Below, piece by piece: positions 14,279 to 27,873 of a DNA stretch of 64,000 nt. The stretch comes from Trichoplax adhaerens (taxonomy: Eukaryota > Animalia > Placozoa): positions 1,262,319 through 1,326,318 of the forward strand of contig NW_002060959.1 in NCBI RefSeq assembly GCF_000150275.1, read 5' to 3'. Position 1 is the stretch's first letter, and the number at the start of each line of letters is the position of its first letter. The position numbers and the translations under genes were made by a program. A model generated the notes under the pieces. It searched no databases. It saw nothing but the letters and a program-made list of their open reading frames with translations, and was not told where the DNA came from.

Positions 14279-17200
14279 CGGTATAGGCAAAAGCTACAGT
14301 TATTCTGACTCAGAATTTTTATGATTAATCGTATTAGATGCAAACTTATCTATAAAATCTGAGGCTTTTAATGGAGATTTTATTTTTAATGTAGATGCTA
14401 TAGTGCAGTCCCTCAAACAGCTTCAATTAAGGACATTAGATTATGCAAGAAAGTTTAAGATGCATATTAGATGTATGCATGTAATAGTAGATATTGCTTA
14501 AAGCACATATTCTAATCTTTACACTGTTATGTTTACATTTTATATAAATCGCCGATTCTTTTATAGTAAGCTAAGTGGATAGACTGAAGATAGATAGACC
14601 TTGGTAAATTAATAGGCGAGCTAATCTGTCATAGCTACGCTCACACAAGGAATAAAACTTTTATTATAATACTTTTAAGATACATACTTTATTTGCTTGA
14701 GATACAAAATTACTTTTAGCGTCCAATTTTGTGCAGGTTGTTGTCTTTAAAGAAACCAATTCGAAGAAATTAATAAGCACGTACATAAAAGTTTTCTCCT
14801 CTTAATTTTGAATCCAATACGGTAATTAAGATAAGAATTTCTATTAAGATGCCATAATATTTTTTATTACTACAAGTTGACTTTTTGGTCGTAAATATTA
14901 CGCATTGCTGGTGAACATTTTACAGTAAAAATTTGTAGAAATAATACATTAGTATCTGTAAATGAGAAAATTCATGTTAATAGGTTAGCTGGATACATTA
15001 CAATGTATTCCAATACAGTAGGAAACTAATACCGAAAATTTGTACTAAGATATTATAAGTTAACCAAGATATTTATGAAGATAAAGTCATTAGTAACTAT
15101 TACAGCATTATATTTACGACATTTCTGTAAAAGTCAGTAGCGGAATGGGTCTGTCTTATGATGTCTAGATACATTACAGTGGCTTAAAATAATATCAAAT
15201 ATAACCTAACAATAATACAAAATTTTATGATTTTAAACAATATTTTTTTAAATGATTCGAAAGGGATTACTATCAACTTCATGATTGCTATAAAGTATTC
15301 GATTTCATGCTATTTGTGTTCAATTTAAAATCAAGTTATTCAATTCTAAGAACAAGATTTATGCCCTTACCTGCAGTCTAAATATAAACTATATTTTTTC
15401 TTCTTTACTATTGATAGTGAATACGAGTATACTACTTAATAGTATTACTTAAAACTAAACAGTTTGACGTTTTACTACGTAGCGAACTTTTAATAATGGC
15501 GCTTTAGTTTTGGATTGTACCTGATTTTTCTCCTAAAGGATAGGGTTCTAAATCATAGAAAATCAATCAGTCAAATGCACTTACGATCAAGGTCTAATGC
15601 GATGATTTATTTAGTAAACAAATAGTGTTATTTACCAACAGATAAATTTTATTTATCACGGTTGATGGATTTTGCAGGATGCGTTATTTCTATTTCTTTC
15701 GTGAAAGTCTGAAATGGGACCGCATTGTGATGCATTTACCTTACAGTATTAATAAGAAGTGGAATTTCATTAGGGTATCACTCACCTATTATAAATAAGT
15801 GGTAGTCCTTTTAAAAGTCCAATGTCTAAATTTTTTTTCTTATTCTACTGAAAGGAGATTTACGTACCCTTTTTTTTTTAAGGAGCGTTGATGCTGCATA
15901 CGATTTTCTTTGAAGCCTATTTTGCGATTAGAATGAGAGAAATCTGACCCTTAGGTACTGTACAATATTAAAATTGACGATACGGTAACGTCAACTGGAA
16001 CCGTTAGGGTGGTTTACATAAAGATTTAAACATGATATCATGTGGATATAGATATTTTAAAGAATATCCAGATACTCCTAATGTAGTCATTTTCAAAACG
16101 ATACATGTGCTAATGTCAGATTTTGATAAGTTCATATTTTGTTCCCCAACACACTGTAGGACAAAATGCTATTGTATGTATTTTGTGAGCCAATGATTTA
16201 ATCTAAAAGGAAGTCTTTTTACTAAAATACTTACGCATACTCGACATAAAAGTAGTATCTGGAAATAGTATTAATTATGAAATGATGTATAGACTTCTTT
16301 CTCTAAAATCTGTCTAATATCTGTAGAGTGTCATTTCTTTTATCGATGATCTAATTGGCTATTGGAAGTAGTAGCTATTGTGCTTATCATTAATATGCTA
16401 GCATGCTAGCCACAGTTGGTCCTTTTTATTTCTCATTAGCATTAAATTAGCTGTAGACATCATTGTACTAATGCGGACTTTGATTTGTTTGTTTAATGCA
16501 TTACATGTAAAGTGAACAATATGAACGTGATTAGGAGGAATATACTACTCTTTTGAATGCGCCACAAATTAGCTAATTTGCTTTCTTCATCAGAAATATA
16601 ATTTCCTTCAGATTCAGCAGACTATGTCAGCTCCAAGTGAAATTAGATATTCAATATTTTAATTAAATTTATTTGGATTTATGTGATTGAAATTAATATT
16701 AATCTCGTAGCCGAAAAGTATCCGTGATGATGAAACTTTAGATTGGAGCAAAAATAATTCGCTTTTTACTAGTTATAATTACTTATAGCCAATTTTTTTA
16801 TAGAAGGGCTAAGTAATTGATTAGCCTAGTGGTGAAACTCAACGGTTTGTGAACGCTACTTATAATACAGTAAGTAAAGGAATAGTTATTTATAACGTAA
16901 ATGAAGTACTAGCGTTTAAAAGGATATTTTTATGACTGAATATAAAATAATTTCTTGTATATTAGAATACTACGCTTACTTAGAGTTTATAAAGTTGTTT
17001 ATTATGTATTTCATTAATACAAATCTATTAATTATAATCTTTAGTAAAGCATTATCTCTATTGTCATTTAGATTTTTTTCAAGCCCCTTCAGCGGATTAA
17101 AGTATGGAATCACGTTATGAATAAATGAGCAAGCAAGCATTTTGAATTAAGCCAGAAAAGTAGGTGGATGAATAAAGGTCTGGATTGAAAAGCTTTATTT

Positions 17201-18852
17201 TATGGTTATTAATACTGATTGTACTTGTGATAATAACAACGGTAAAGAAAAAAATAGACCATGATGTATTAATAAGATTCTAGTTACCCTTGCAATTCAA
17301 TGAATGCGCCTATTACTATAAAAGTTTATTTTAGCTTCATGCAATACGTTACCCTCACAGAGATGCTTTTAGTTCGTCAACAACATGTGATTATAGTCGC
17401 CCAAATTAGATATTGTGAGCAAAGCGGTGGTTTAGTAATTCCATAACAGCAAGATGAACGCTAGTACCAATATTACTTGATCATCAACTCTATCGAAATG
17501 ACGTCACCTATGCTAATAAAGTGTAGTAAAATTAATTCTACTCATGTAATTAAGCATTGTATTCACTGAAAGTCTCAAGGGAATCCTTATTATTAGATAG
17601 GCTTATTCATAACTATTGCTATATACATGTGGCGGTATTAAAAAGGTGAATTTAATATAATGTTATAATAATCTTAAAATGAAAATACAGGATATATAGA
17701 GTATAAAGGTACCATGTCGATGTTATCACGAATGGATGATGTGCAAACGATGAAATACTTCAAGGTATAGTATCGAACACCTGCAGGCCAACATTTTGTC
17801 GATATGAAGTGAAAACAGACTCTGACATCGACATCACTGTAGGTGGAGTTAATTTACGAGAAATGGATGATTCTATTCTGCTGTAAAAACATAAAACAAT
17901 GCTGTATAGGAGTGCATTTGTGTCATATCGCATCAATGCTGATAACATCTACATCAAATAGTGCAAAAATAGTAATCATAACACGGCCAAAGAAAGAGAC
18001 TTTATAGGCTTATTTGACCATCATTTTGCTAGATATAGCGATGAAAATGATATTAAAAGTTAGCTGAGGTACTAGGTTGTCTCCATTTGGTCAAGCTTGC
18101 TATCAGTGTATTTATAACGGAGGTGGATAATATGATCGAGATGACGTTGATACATTCATTGCTCAATATTGGATAGTAGAATAGTTTGAACTCAATTATG
18201 GTAGAGTTTGGATAGTTGTTGGGTAATATTGTAATCATCTTTATTGTAAATATGTATTCAAATCTTACAATGCTGCTATATATTAATTCGATAGGTGGAT
18301 ACAATGATTGCAAAGTAGTGTGTGACGAAACTGAATACAAAAAAATATTACTTGGTCACATGTTGAAATTAAACCACAACTAGCCCACGTTGCTTAGTTT
18401 AGATACTGTACACTTGGCTGGTTGCTATGATATGGCACCATTCTATATACAGTCTACTTGTCGATAGAGTATACGCATAAATGATCACAATTATACAGTG
18501 AGAATAGTATAAGAAGTGATATTTATTTGCCTACTATGCATGAAAGCTGGCATTCCGAATACTTTTCAATCAGACTACATTATATTAACTGACGAATTTT
18601 CTACTTTGACCACTAAAATTACTGTGATTCAAGCAAGTCTAAATTAAACACTTTCATTTGTACGTTTCGAATGAATTAGAGATAGAAGTGGAGTGCTGAA
18701 CACCACACTAGGATTTATTTGTACTTTATTTGTTATTTTTTTAACTCAATAAACGATCTGATTTGTAATTACTTTCGTTACAGTTTTCAACGAGACAGCG
18801 CTTGAATCGGCTATTTGAATCATCAATGAAGATTTGAAAGTACTGTAAGTCT

Positions 18853-19974
18853 ATGACGGCCAATAATTCATCCGATCATCCTACTAGAGAGATCCATTTT
18901 AAATTGATGTTGAGCCAAAGAAATCGCAAGAATGCCATCTGTAAGATTGATTCATCCAGCATGAATCAGGACGATAGCCATGGTAATCAGTATAATCAGT
19001 ATGGTTACACACTGAATCAAGATCCATCTCGTATTGTCCAACAAAATTATCAACAGGATCAAACATTAACAAAAAAGAAGTTAACCAACTTCTCTGTCGA
19101 CTACATTCTTCATGAATTAAATAGTCATTGTGGCCGTAAGAAAGACGATCTGAAAAAATATACACATCAAAGTTTCGCAGGCGATATTTCGAACTATAGC
19201 AGCAGATTGAATCATATGAAGAATATATATTACCCAAACAGCCAGGCTCTCGGTCAGTTCTTGAATACTACAACAGCACCCAATTTCGTCTTCTCCAACC
19301 AACTTAAAGCCCGTTATGATACCCAGATTACATCTTTAGACCTGAAGCCATCAGTCATTAATTTACAATCGAAAATGTTACGACAAAATCTAATCGATCC
19401 GGTACCATCTAGTCACTCGAAGAAGATTGTGGATGAAAATAAGACCAAAGGATTGCTTGACGAACATGATAGACTTACGCGTAGTGGACGTGATATTAAT
19501 GGACCGCATGCGGTGAATTCTTCATCCACTTCGAAACGTTTGAATCATAGCTTTCATCAACGTTATCCATGCAAAATATGTCAGAAATCTTTTGCCAATC
19601 CTCACTGTTTATCACGGCACATACGAATTCATACTGGTGAAAAGCCTTATCAATGTAATATTTGTAAAAAGGCTTTTAATCAATCATTTCACTTAACTAT
19701 CCATAAGCGATTACACACTGGCGATTTAAGATATCAATGTAACATTTGCTGTCGACGTTTTGTTCAAAGTAATGATCTCAAGAAGCATTACAGAACTCAT
19801 ACTGGTGAGAAACCGTATCATTGCAGTTATTGTCAAAAATGTTTCGCCGATGCTAGCCAACTAAAAAAACACATGCGGATTCACACTGGCGAAAAGCCCT
19901 ACAGGTGTATCGTATGTCAGCGTCGTTTTACGCAATCTGGAGCTTTAAAAAAGCACTCTCATATTCATCAGTGA
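18853..19974 (+). CDS. C2H2 zinc-finger transcription factor, five tandem fingers, N-terminal eh1-like repressor motif
   Basis: 373-aa single-exon ORF with an in-frame stop upstream of the ATG. Five CxxC...HxxxH fingers (19564-19971) joined by TGEKP/TGDLR linkers. FSVDYIL lies at 19090-19110. Possible 5' UTR splice acceptor TTTCGTTACAG ending at 18783. Confidence 0.93.
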   Translation: MTANNSSDHPTREIHFKLMLSQRNRKNAICKIDSSSMNQDDSHGNQYNQYGYTLNQDPSRIVQQNYQQDQTLTKKKLTNFSVDYILHELNSHCGRKKDDLKKYTHQSFAGDISNYSSRLNHMKNIYYPNSQALGQFLNTTTAPNFVFSNQLKARYDTQITSLDLKPSVINLQSKMLRQNLIDPVPSSHSKKIVDENKTKGLLDEHDRLTRSGRDINGPHAVNSSSTSKRLNHSFHQRYPCKICQKSFANPHCLSRHIRIHTGEKPYQCNICKKAFNQSFHLTIHKRLHTGDLRYQCNICCRRFVQSNDLKKHYRTHTGEKPYHCSYCQKCFADASQLKKHMRIHTGEKPYRCIVCQRRFTQSGALKKHSHIHQ

Positions 19975-20032
19975 ATATTAGTAGTTATTCGTAATTCGTT
20001 TCCGTTTTACCATCTTTCTTTGGTGCTGTTTT

Positions 20033-20058
20033 CTCTCTCTCTCTCTCTCTCTCTCTCT
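20033..20058. repeat. (CT)13 microsatellite just 3' of the zinc-finger gene
   Basis: Read directly from the sequence. Confidence 0.95.
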
Positions 20059-22173
20059 TGCCATTCTATTACTATTACTATTATAGTCGTTTAAAATACT
20101 ATGTCATACCTTTTATAGGACCTTTATCTTACGAACTAGGTCTGAAGATAAAAAAGTCCTTTTTTTCGGTGGCGTATTACTATGCGAATTTAGAATATTT
20201 CTTAATCATTTAAATGAAAACTTATATTTAGCCAATAATCTTACTATAAATGTTGATCACTTTGAAACAAAAATTAAGCATTCAGTGTCACAGTGTTATG
20301 GGTGTTTCTGTTTTTCTACACATTACTTCAGTGTTATTGTGCGTAATTAGCAATTGGAGTGGCCTTTAAGCTAGATATATTATCTATTCTATTCGACTTT
20401 TTAGCCTTCTTCACTTTCAATTCTGGTAATATAGGTGACATTAATTCGTGATGATTGCCGATACCTTTCTACCAGTGAATTATACGTACAATTGTGTCAA
20501 ATTGAAGTACATGGTTATTCGTAGTAGAACCGTAAAATCCAAGTTGGATTTCAATCCTCTAAATCATATGGATTATTTATTGGATTCGAAATGATTTCAT
20601 TATCATACTTATTCCTCTGTTATATAGCGTTTAGAAATTTAGTATAGCTGAAAAATTTTTAGAGAAAATGTCGCAATCTGATGTCAAGTAGAATATTGTA
20701 AACATCAATTGGGTCGAATGTGTGTAAAAATGCGCTCAGATGCATCAATTATATTATTACACTTGTCAAATCGAGTGCTCATCGATATTGATTTATTAGG
20801 TTGAATACTTTGAGACCTGATATCAATATATTGAAAGATCAAAATGTACTGTATATTGTATTAAGTGTAGAAAAATTGTATAGAATCAGTAGTCTTTCAA
20901 AGACAATTAATTTAACAGATGACATAGTTTACGACAAATGCTGCTGTTAACATCTTTCTCAGAGGAGCTGTTGCTTTTCCACAAAGGCAAATAAAGATTT
21001 AATGATTGAATAGGTTTACAACCTTCAGAAAATGAACTTGATCATAGTAAATTATTAGTATGTATTCTGATCTGGTGATCAACAGCTTATTAATCTGTTT
21101 GCTATCAAAATTAAATGTACAACAATGGTTAATCGTAGGAATATCTTCTATGGTTAAATCATCGCACAACATGGATACCCGCATGATTAATTGTAATTGT
21201 TTCGGCAAGTGTAATTATAATAATGTACTAGTTATATTCTATTAATATATAAACTGAAATTGTATAGCATAGCGCAAAATCTTCACTTAGGCTGTCAGCA
21301 AGAAGATATACATATAGACTTGCACGATAGAGGTTATCTTGTGAAAATTTTAGTGTCGAAGAATAAAAATTTTTCCACAGAAAGTGCTTTATTTGAATTT
21401 TATTTTTATTGATTTTGTATTTGGAGAAGTTTACAGCCTTAATTAGAGTCTTTCAAAAATTTAGTATAACAAGTTTATATTGCGTATACTATTTCTTATA
21501 AATTTGTATCTCTTTTTATTGCAGAATATATCATAATGTGTTGAAATGGTACGATAAAGATTAACAATGTGTGAACTACTGTAGAAAAATTCTCGTTATA
21601 GCGTTATCCTAGGTTAGTTGTTCATTCAAGTTTACTTATCTCTAGATAACAGATTGCATTTAATTACTTTAGTCTACGGTATGATATCTGCTCTTTATGC
21701 CGTTTTTACAACACCAATGCAATGGAGAAACTGCTTCCAATTGTAGCTAATCACAAAGACGTATCTTGAATCTAAACTAAATGCTGTTTATTTTTAAAAG
21801 TCATTCATTTATTTGCATATAGGATTTTATTCGCAAGCATCGATAGAAGAATGTGATAATATACAGTACATATTGATTAATGTTAATAAGCAAAGTCAGC
21901 GTTGATCCGTTTTCTTGAAATTTAGAGATGAACAACGATATTCTACATTGTAAAACATGTTAGATCACGGACATTTCACAAAATAGATAATAATCACGAG
22001 TAGAAATTGGCAAGCTTTATTCTTAACTAGATACCTAACCACCTTGCATACCTTCTTCAATAATGCACTATATTCTATGATTAAAGTTCTAAGCCAATTG
22101 AAATGTCTTATAATTATCCTACTGTCACAATATGATTTTAAAGAAGCATTATAAAGGTGATGGTTATGGAAAC

Positions 22174-22340
22174 AAGGCTTAAATATCGATTTAGATTTTG
22201 CAGAGTGATCTAAAGTATCGTTGCTAAATATAATTACAGAAATAAAGCTTCAGATCAATTTAGATTATTGTAGTATGATCTAAACTACCGATAGAAAAGG
22301 TAATAAAAAAATGAGGCTTAAGTATCGATATAGATTATCA
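22174..22340. repeat. Degenerate ~70 bp tandem repeat, about 2.5 copies
   Basis: AGGCTTAAATATCGATTTAGATT, AAGCTTCAGATCAATTTAGATT and AGGCTTAAGTATCGATATAGATT; the first two are followed by TGATCTAAA.TA.CG. Confidence 0.65.
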
Positions 22341-25300
22341 TCTATCTAGAAAGCTGAGATTGAATTTCTCTTGTTTGATTACCAATATAGATAGCTAAAT
22401 TTTTTTCGATAATTTTGCCAGATTATGGTGCGCATGTAGCTCAGAAGTCAAATCATGCATCAAAAGGAACTTTTCCAGCCAATATACTTATATTTGAAAT
22501 AATAGAGGCTAATTTTTCTCCTTAAAGGTGCTGTCTTATTCGCTGATTGTTTTGTATGCACCCTTATCATCAACGCCACAAGAGATCGTATTTGATAATA
22601 GTATACAATCGCTCGATTGATTCAGCCACTAGTAATTTTCGGCTTAATTGTCGTATAGTTCCATTCTAGTATCCCTTTTTATAAATAAAGCGGCTCACCT
22701 ATTAGATCTTCGAACTGAAAAATTTGTTGTTAGGTAAAAGAACTTGGCGAGTATCATGAATAATTAACGAATTTTATTGGTTAAGATGTATAGCTAAACT
22801 AATAAGTTGGAGCAATTTATACTGTAAGGTATGTTTTAAAAAGTGCTGTATGCAAGCATGTAAAAGTTCGTGTTTTATTGGCCATTCATGCCGGTCTCAG
22901 AATCTTAAAATTTGTTTATAGCTTATTGGACAGTCTTCTACGAAGTCATTTCGTGTGTACTGCATCTACAAGATTGCACTAATGTAATAATTCCTAATAC
23001 TGATAAACTTCTATGGTAGTAGCGACAAAAATTGAAATTACAAATCCATAATAATTTATGAAATTGCAGTACAACTAAAGAGGTTTCGTGCACATCCTGA
23101 GAAAACGGTTCAGGATGACGATTTTACTAATTACCCTAGCGCCAGTAATTACTGCTTAATAATATAAAGCATCGCGACAAGAACAAAAGTCTTGCGTTCT
23201 GCGTAGCACTAGTACTACTTTTAGATAAAATCTATTGAGATTTGAAAGAATAAAATGGCTAGAAATCAATATTATTTTGAACAAGAAACAGATTTAACTT
23301 CTAGTTCAGTAAGAACTTACGCTAACTTTGGCAGATTTTATGATCGATTTTATTAGTAGCTTCGCTTACTTGTGTAGTGACAGAAAACTCAACATGGCAC
23401 CGTTTGAAGCAATCTCTTACTCCAGTAAAATCTCCTATTATGTCTATGCATATCGTACTATTATATGATCTTTATCAAGCTATTAATTTTGTTTACTCAA
23501 ATAATAATATTCAACATAAATTAAAAATACCCTTTACGTAGTAGATAGCACTTAAACAGCATTAATTAAACTTTTTACGGTATAAAATACGAATAATTGT
23601 ATTGTTGCTTGGATATAGATTTAGTAACGCTAATTACAATTTTTTACTCGAGGCAAAGTAGGTCATTGGAAACAATCTGACCTTATTATACTAGTTATAA
23701 AATGTTAACATCCAATACGTTCGTATTTGCGCCAATCTTTTTATGTTTATCCCTTATTCATTATATTCAATTAATTAATATGCAGTATGCTGCAATAATT
23801 ACAGAAATTAGTAGAGTGATATTATAAAGTACTTTTTTAAAGTACAGAATTACGAGGCTAAATTCAAAATCATCTTGACGTTGGCAAAAAATGAATTAAT
23901 TAACAGTGTGTTATCATTAAGGAAGACTTTATTCAAGTTCTGAAATATTTAGATTTTGTGAGCGGAATTGATATTAGATCTGAAATAAAAATGTTGAACT
24001 AATTTATATCTTATTGTGAAATATCATTTTTTACTCATTTTATCTTCATTTTAGCTATGATATTAATCATTTATCGCTATGGTATAGTTTCATCTAATAT
24101 TTCCTTGGCTCGATATTAGCATTTTATAAGTTATGATGTTGTACGATACTTTGGGCATGATAGTGATTTTTTTCTTCTAATTTATAAACTTTCAACATAC
24201 GTTTATTTACGTAATATTTTCGCATTTATTTCTTATTAAAATGCTAACTCATGGTTTAATAAAAATGAATCGTTACCGCGACGTATCTACTTAAGCCACT
24301 TTTATTATAAGTTATCATCGCAAAAATTTCATTATTACCGAAGAAGAAAAGACGAGGATAAATGTAAATTACAATGGGCGAATTTTAACAAATTTTCTAG
24401 AACTAATGTGTGCTGCAAATAAATTATTTATTAATGAAATTCCTATCATGTTAAAAGGTATAAATAAAAGTTAGTTGGTTTATTTCGGCCAATTTGTAAC
24501 GATTTTGTGTATCTTTTTTTATGTATTTTAATCATATACGATTACATCAAAAATTAACATGAAATTTCAATTGAGCATTTTCTTTATTAAAATTGACTGG
24601 ATATCACTGAGAAAGCACTCAACTGACTTGAAATTTTCCGCTCTTTTAAAACTGCCATTTTAATATTGCAGATAATTGTTTAATAACCGCATTGTAGAGC
24701 TGAATGATCGTTGTGAGGAATATTAATGCAACATTGTATATTAATCATGTTAAACTAGATCAATTCAATGCATAATCAAATCAAAAATAAAGATCGGCAG
24801 TCGCTATATCAAGCTTATAAAATATAAGTCACGTACTCATATGATGCTCAAGATGTTAAGCCTGACTGTATTTACTTTGATAAATAATTTACTAACATTC
24901 ACACATTTAGTAGTATTAGTACTTCTTCTAGTACTTTATAGTTATACAAATGAAGTTACTATGTAAATTGCGATGAGGTTATAATCACAAATTAGAACCA
25001 TTTGCTCTCAGATAGATTGCTGTTAGCTATTTAAATTTATAAATGTACAACATTGTAAACACAGTGCCTTTCTATTTCATAAGTAAGGGCCTTGTTGTAC
25101 TTTAGTTAAAGAGATTAACTGCTATTTGCTTCGTAATCATTCCAAGCTTATCGTTGATTAATTTTTAAACATAGTTACTTTCAATATAGAGTGCAGTGCA
25201 TTTCATGAAATTAATGATCGTGTAAATAAATAAATAATTCCTAGTAAGCTCTGCTACACGCGTATTTACAATTCATAATGTTTAATACTTAAGATCAGAC

Positions 25301-26793
25301 AAAGAGCTGTTATATCAACTATTTGATCAACTAAACATTAACTTAATACCGAATAGAGTTCGAGAATACGAATTTGGAATAAGATTTTTCTTGTTCTATC
25401 AGCTAAAGATTAATGTGTCATCGTTGCTTTTAAATATCAAAGAATTCTAAATATTATATAGTGTACGGAGCTATGTAGATGAGCTTGTGTGAATAGTTTT
25501 TTATTATAAACAGTAATAATGTAAGAGCATTAGATGCATACAACGACTTCTTTCTCTTTTTTTAAAGCGCGTCCTTGACATGATACCGATGCTCGGATTG
25601 CCTCTTACCGGTAATCATAATTATGATAACTTACAGTAGGATAACTCCTTCATCATTTAGTCAGGACATTTCTAGTGGTTAATATTGGTCAGGCGTTGAT
25701 GCAGAAATTGTAAATGTTGAATTTAACACGAATAAACTAGCCTTGCCGTACATGTAGAGAGAAATGTAAATTCCGTCATTGTCATGGTTATGTTCGCGCG
25801 AGCAAAAATTGACGTTGTGAACTGATTGGAAAGAAAGATGTCAATACTGATCACTAGTAGCTTTTATGACGTTAACTCATCAGATTTGCAGTTAGTAGTT
25901 ACCAGTTATCGGCAATCATAAGTAATTAAAATTGTTTGAGAAGTCTAAGCACCATCGTGTGCGCTGTTTGATTTAGTTACGTTCAGTAGTGAGACCCATC
26001 GTGACCTAAATCGTCTCAGTTAGACCGCAAGGTCAAATAATATTCAACGTCGTTTTGGATCATTACTTGATCTCAAATATAGAGTAACCCAGGCCTAGCA
26101 GACATCGGTCAGGTATTGATTATTTGCGTAGAAGTAGTCTAATTAGTATATTAGTCGGAGTACCTCGAGAATTTCCCGCATCTGCGGATGAAATAGTTCT
26201 TATACAATACGTTAAAAATACTGAATGGTAACAGGATATCACTCGAATAAATTTTTAGTCCTAATATTTTCGCTAGTTACTATTAGGGAAAGCGAGAAAA
26301 TTGTGAATGTTAGAAAGGACACCATTACTAATCCTATTCTTGAGATACAGGAATGAAGAAACTTCTTAATAGCTTAATACCAACCATAACTACTTTTATT
26401 GGTCTACCAGCAATTACTTTTTATCGAACAGAAATTGGAGACTAAGTATACGCCAAAATAGTACTTACATTACAAAACTCGTACTTTTTATTGTAAGTTA
26501 GCTGGCTGATGTATCTCCTCGATCGATAGATACAGATCTACTACTCCATAAATGTATTTCAACATGAAAAAGCGTTAAATCTATCCAATTCAAATGTTAA
26601 AATTACTAACAAAACTTATTCGTTTGCACAATCCTGCTTAGACTACGAGCACTTTTAAGCTAAAGTGTCTTGGCTAGTGTTTTAACAAATACGTTAAGAC
26701 CTACTTCAATCATTTGATGATGTACAAGAATTTAAATACCTTGAAATAAAGAAGATCTAAGGTAAAAAAAAATCGTAAAGAAAAGACATTGAA

Positions 26794-26938
26794 CAGAAAC
26801 TACTCAACTAAAACTTCTCCCTGAAAAGGCGTAATTAAAAAATTTCCACTAAAAATACATGTATTGTCAGTATCGGGGGGGGGGGGGGATTACGTTAGCT
26901 ATGGCTTTGAGGGAGAATTTTTACTTGAGTAGTCCCTG
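26794..26938. mobile_element. Short MITE-like element with TIRs and an internal poly-G tract
   Basis: ACTACTCAACTAAAACTTCTCCCT (26799-26822) matches the reverse complement of AGGGAGAATTTTTACTTGAGTAGT (26910-26933) at 22 of 24 positions. The right end is CCCTG-TA and a G14 run lies at 26875-26888. Confidence 0.65.
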
Positions 26939-27873
26939 TAGTGAACTAGAGGGGATAGATTAAGAACCGAAACTATGATCTATTGACTAAAATAGTAAAA
27001 CCTAGAAACGCAATCGTGCTTGGATTCTCTTTATCATTAGCAAAGGAAACGAAATAATGGAGCACAAATGATTAAAACATTAGCGAATTATACTAGTTTA
27101 GATAACTCGCCTTGACTGAAGTCATGAACGAGGCTATTGAACCGTCAGCCCTAGACTTCAAAATATTTATGTTGGCTAGCTACTTTTTTAGCTTATGTTT
27201 TTATGATCGAAGTACGCTTTTGGAGATTTTTCAATTCAAACCGGCTAAGATTAACTCGGTTACTCTGCTCAACTTGCTGAATAATATAATAAATAAACTC
27301 AATTTACGATTATGCATAGTAAACAGTACAGGTATGTGTAAATAGATACGCGCGTTGATTGCTTTATAAAAACTGCAAAGGAAGCTCACCAAACTTACAT
27401 TATCGTTTATGATATTTCATTAAAGGCAAGGTTTCTTGTCCACAATTTCAATGTATTATCTATCTGGTTGTTAGCTACTGCTATGCATGAGACTTATTAC
27501 GCGTATGACTTTAATGTTAGAGTTAGCAAGATCTAAAACTGGGAGAAGATCATTCACCTGATTGGCGAACTGTTACAATAAAAAAAGATTTTAAGTTTAA
27601 CTTTTAATACTGCTTTGACATGTTTAACCCTATCTAGCATGATTGACGTAGTAGCATTTGCAATAATAATATTAATAGCAACCAAAATGCAGCCTTTTCT
27701 GCTTACTGCATCATACAGTAATGACGCATCGTCGCGTGTGTTTTGTATACCATAGGAGAGCCTTGTGGATATGTCTAGAAGCTCATACTGTCGTACAATA
27801 GGCTACTACTGTAGAGTAGAATAACCTTTCTTCACTTAGGATACCTTATAGTATACTGTACACTATACACCAC

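Noticed and set aside
17714-17885. Coding-like stretch or possible upstream exon of the zinc-finger gene
   Set aside because: Splicing to the 18783 acceptor meets an in-frame stop before the main ATG, and no homology was recognised.
18899-19302. Minus-strand ORFs within the zinc-finger gene
   Set aside because: Antisense shadows with no recognisable domain.
18853-19974. Naming the zinc-finger gene Fezf, Osr, Snail or Gfi
   Set aside because: The finger sequences do not match those families as I recall them and there is no SNAG domain, so the symbol is left blank.
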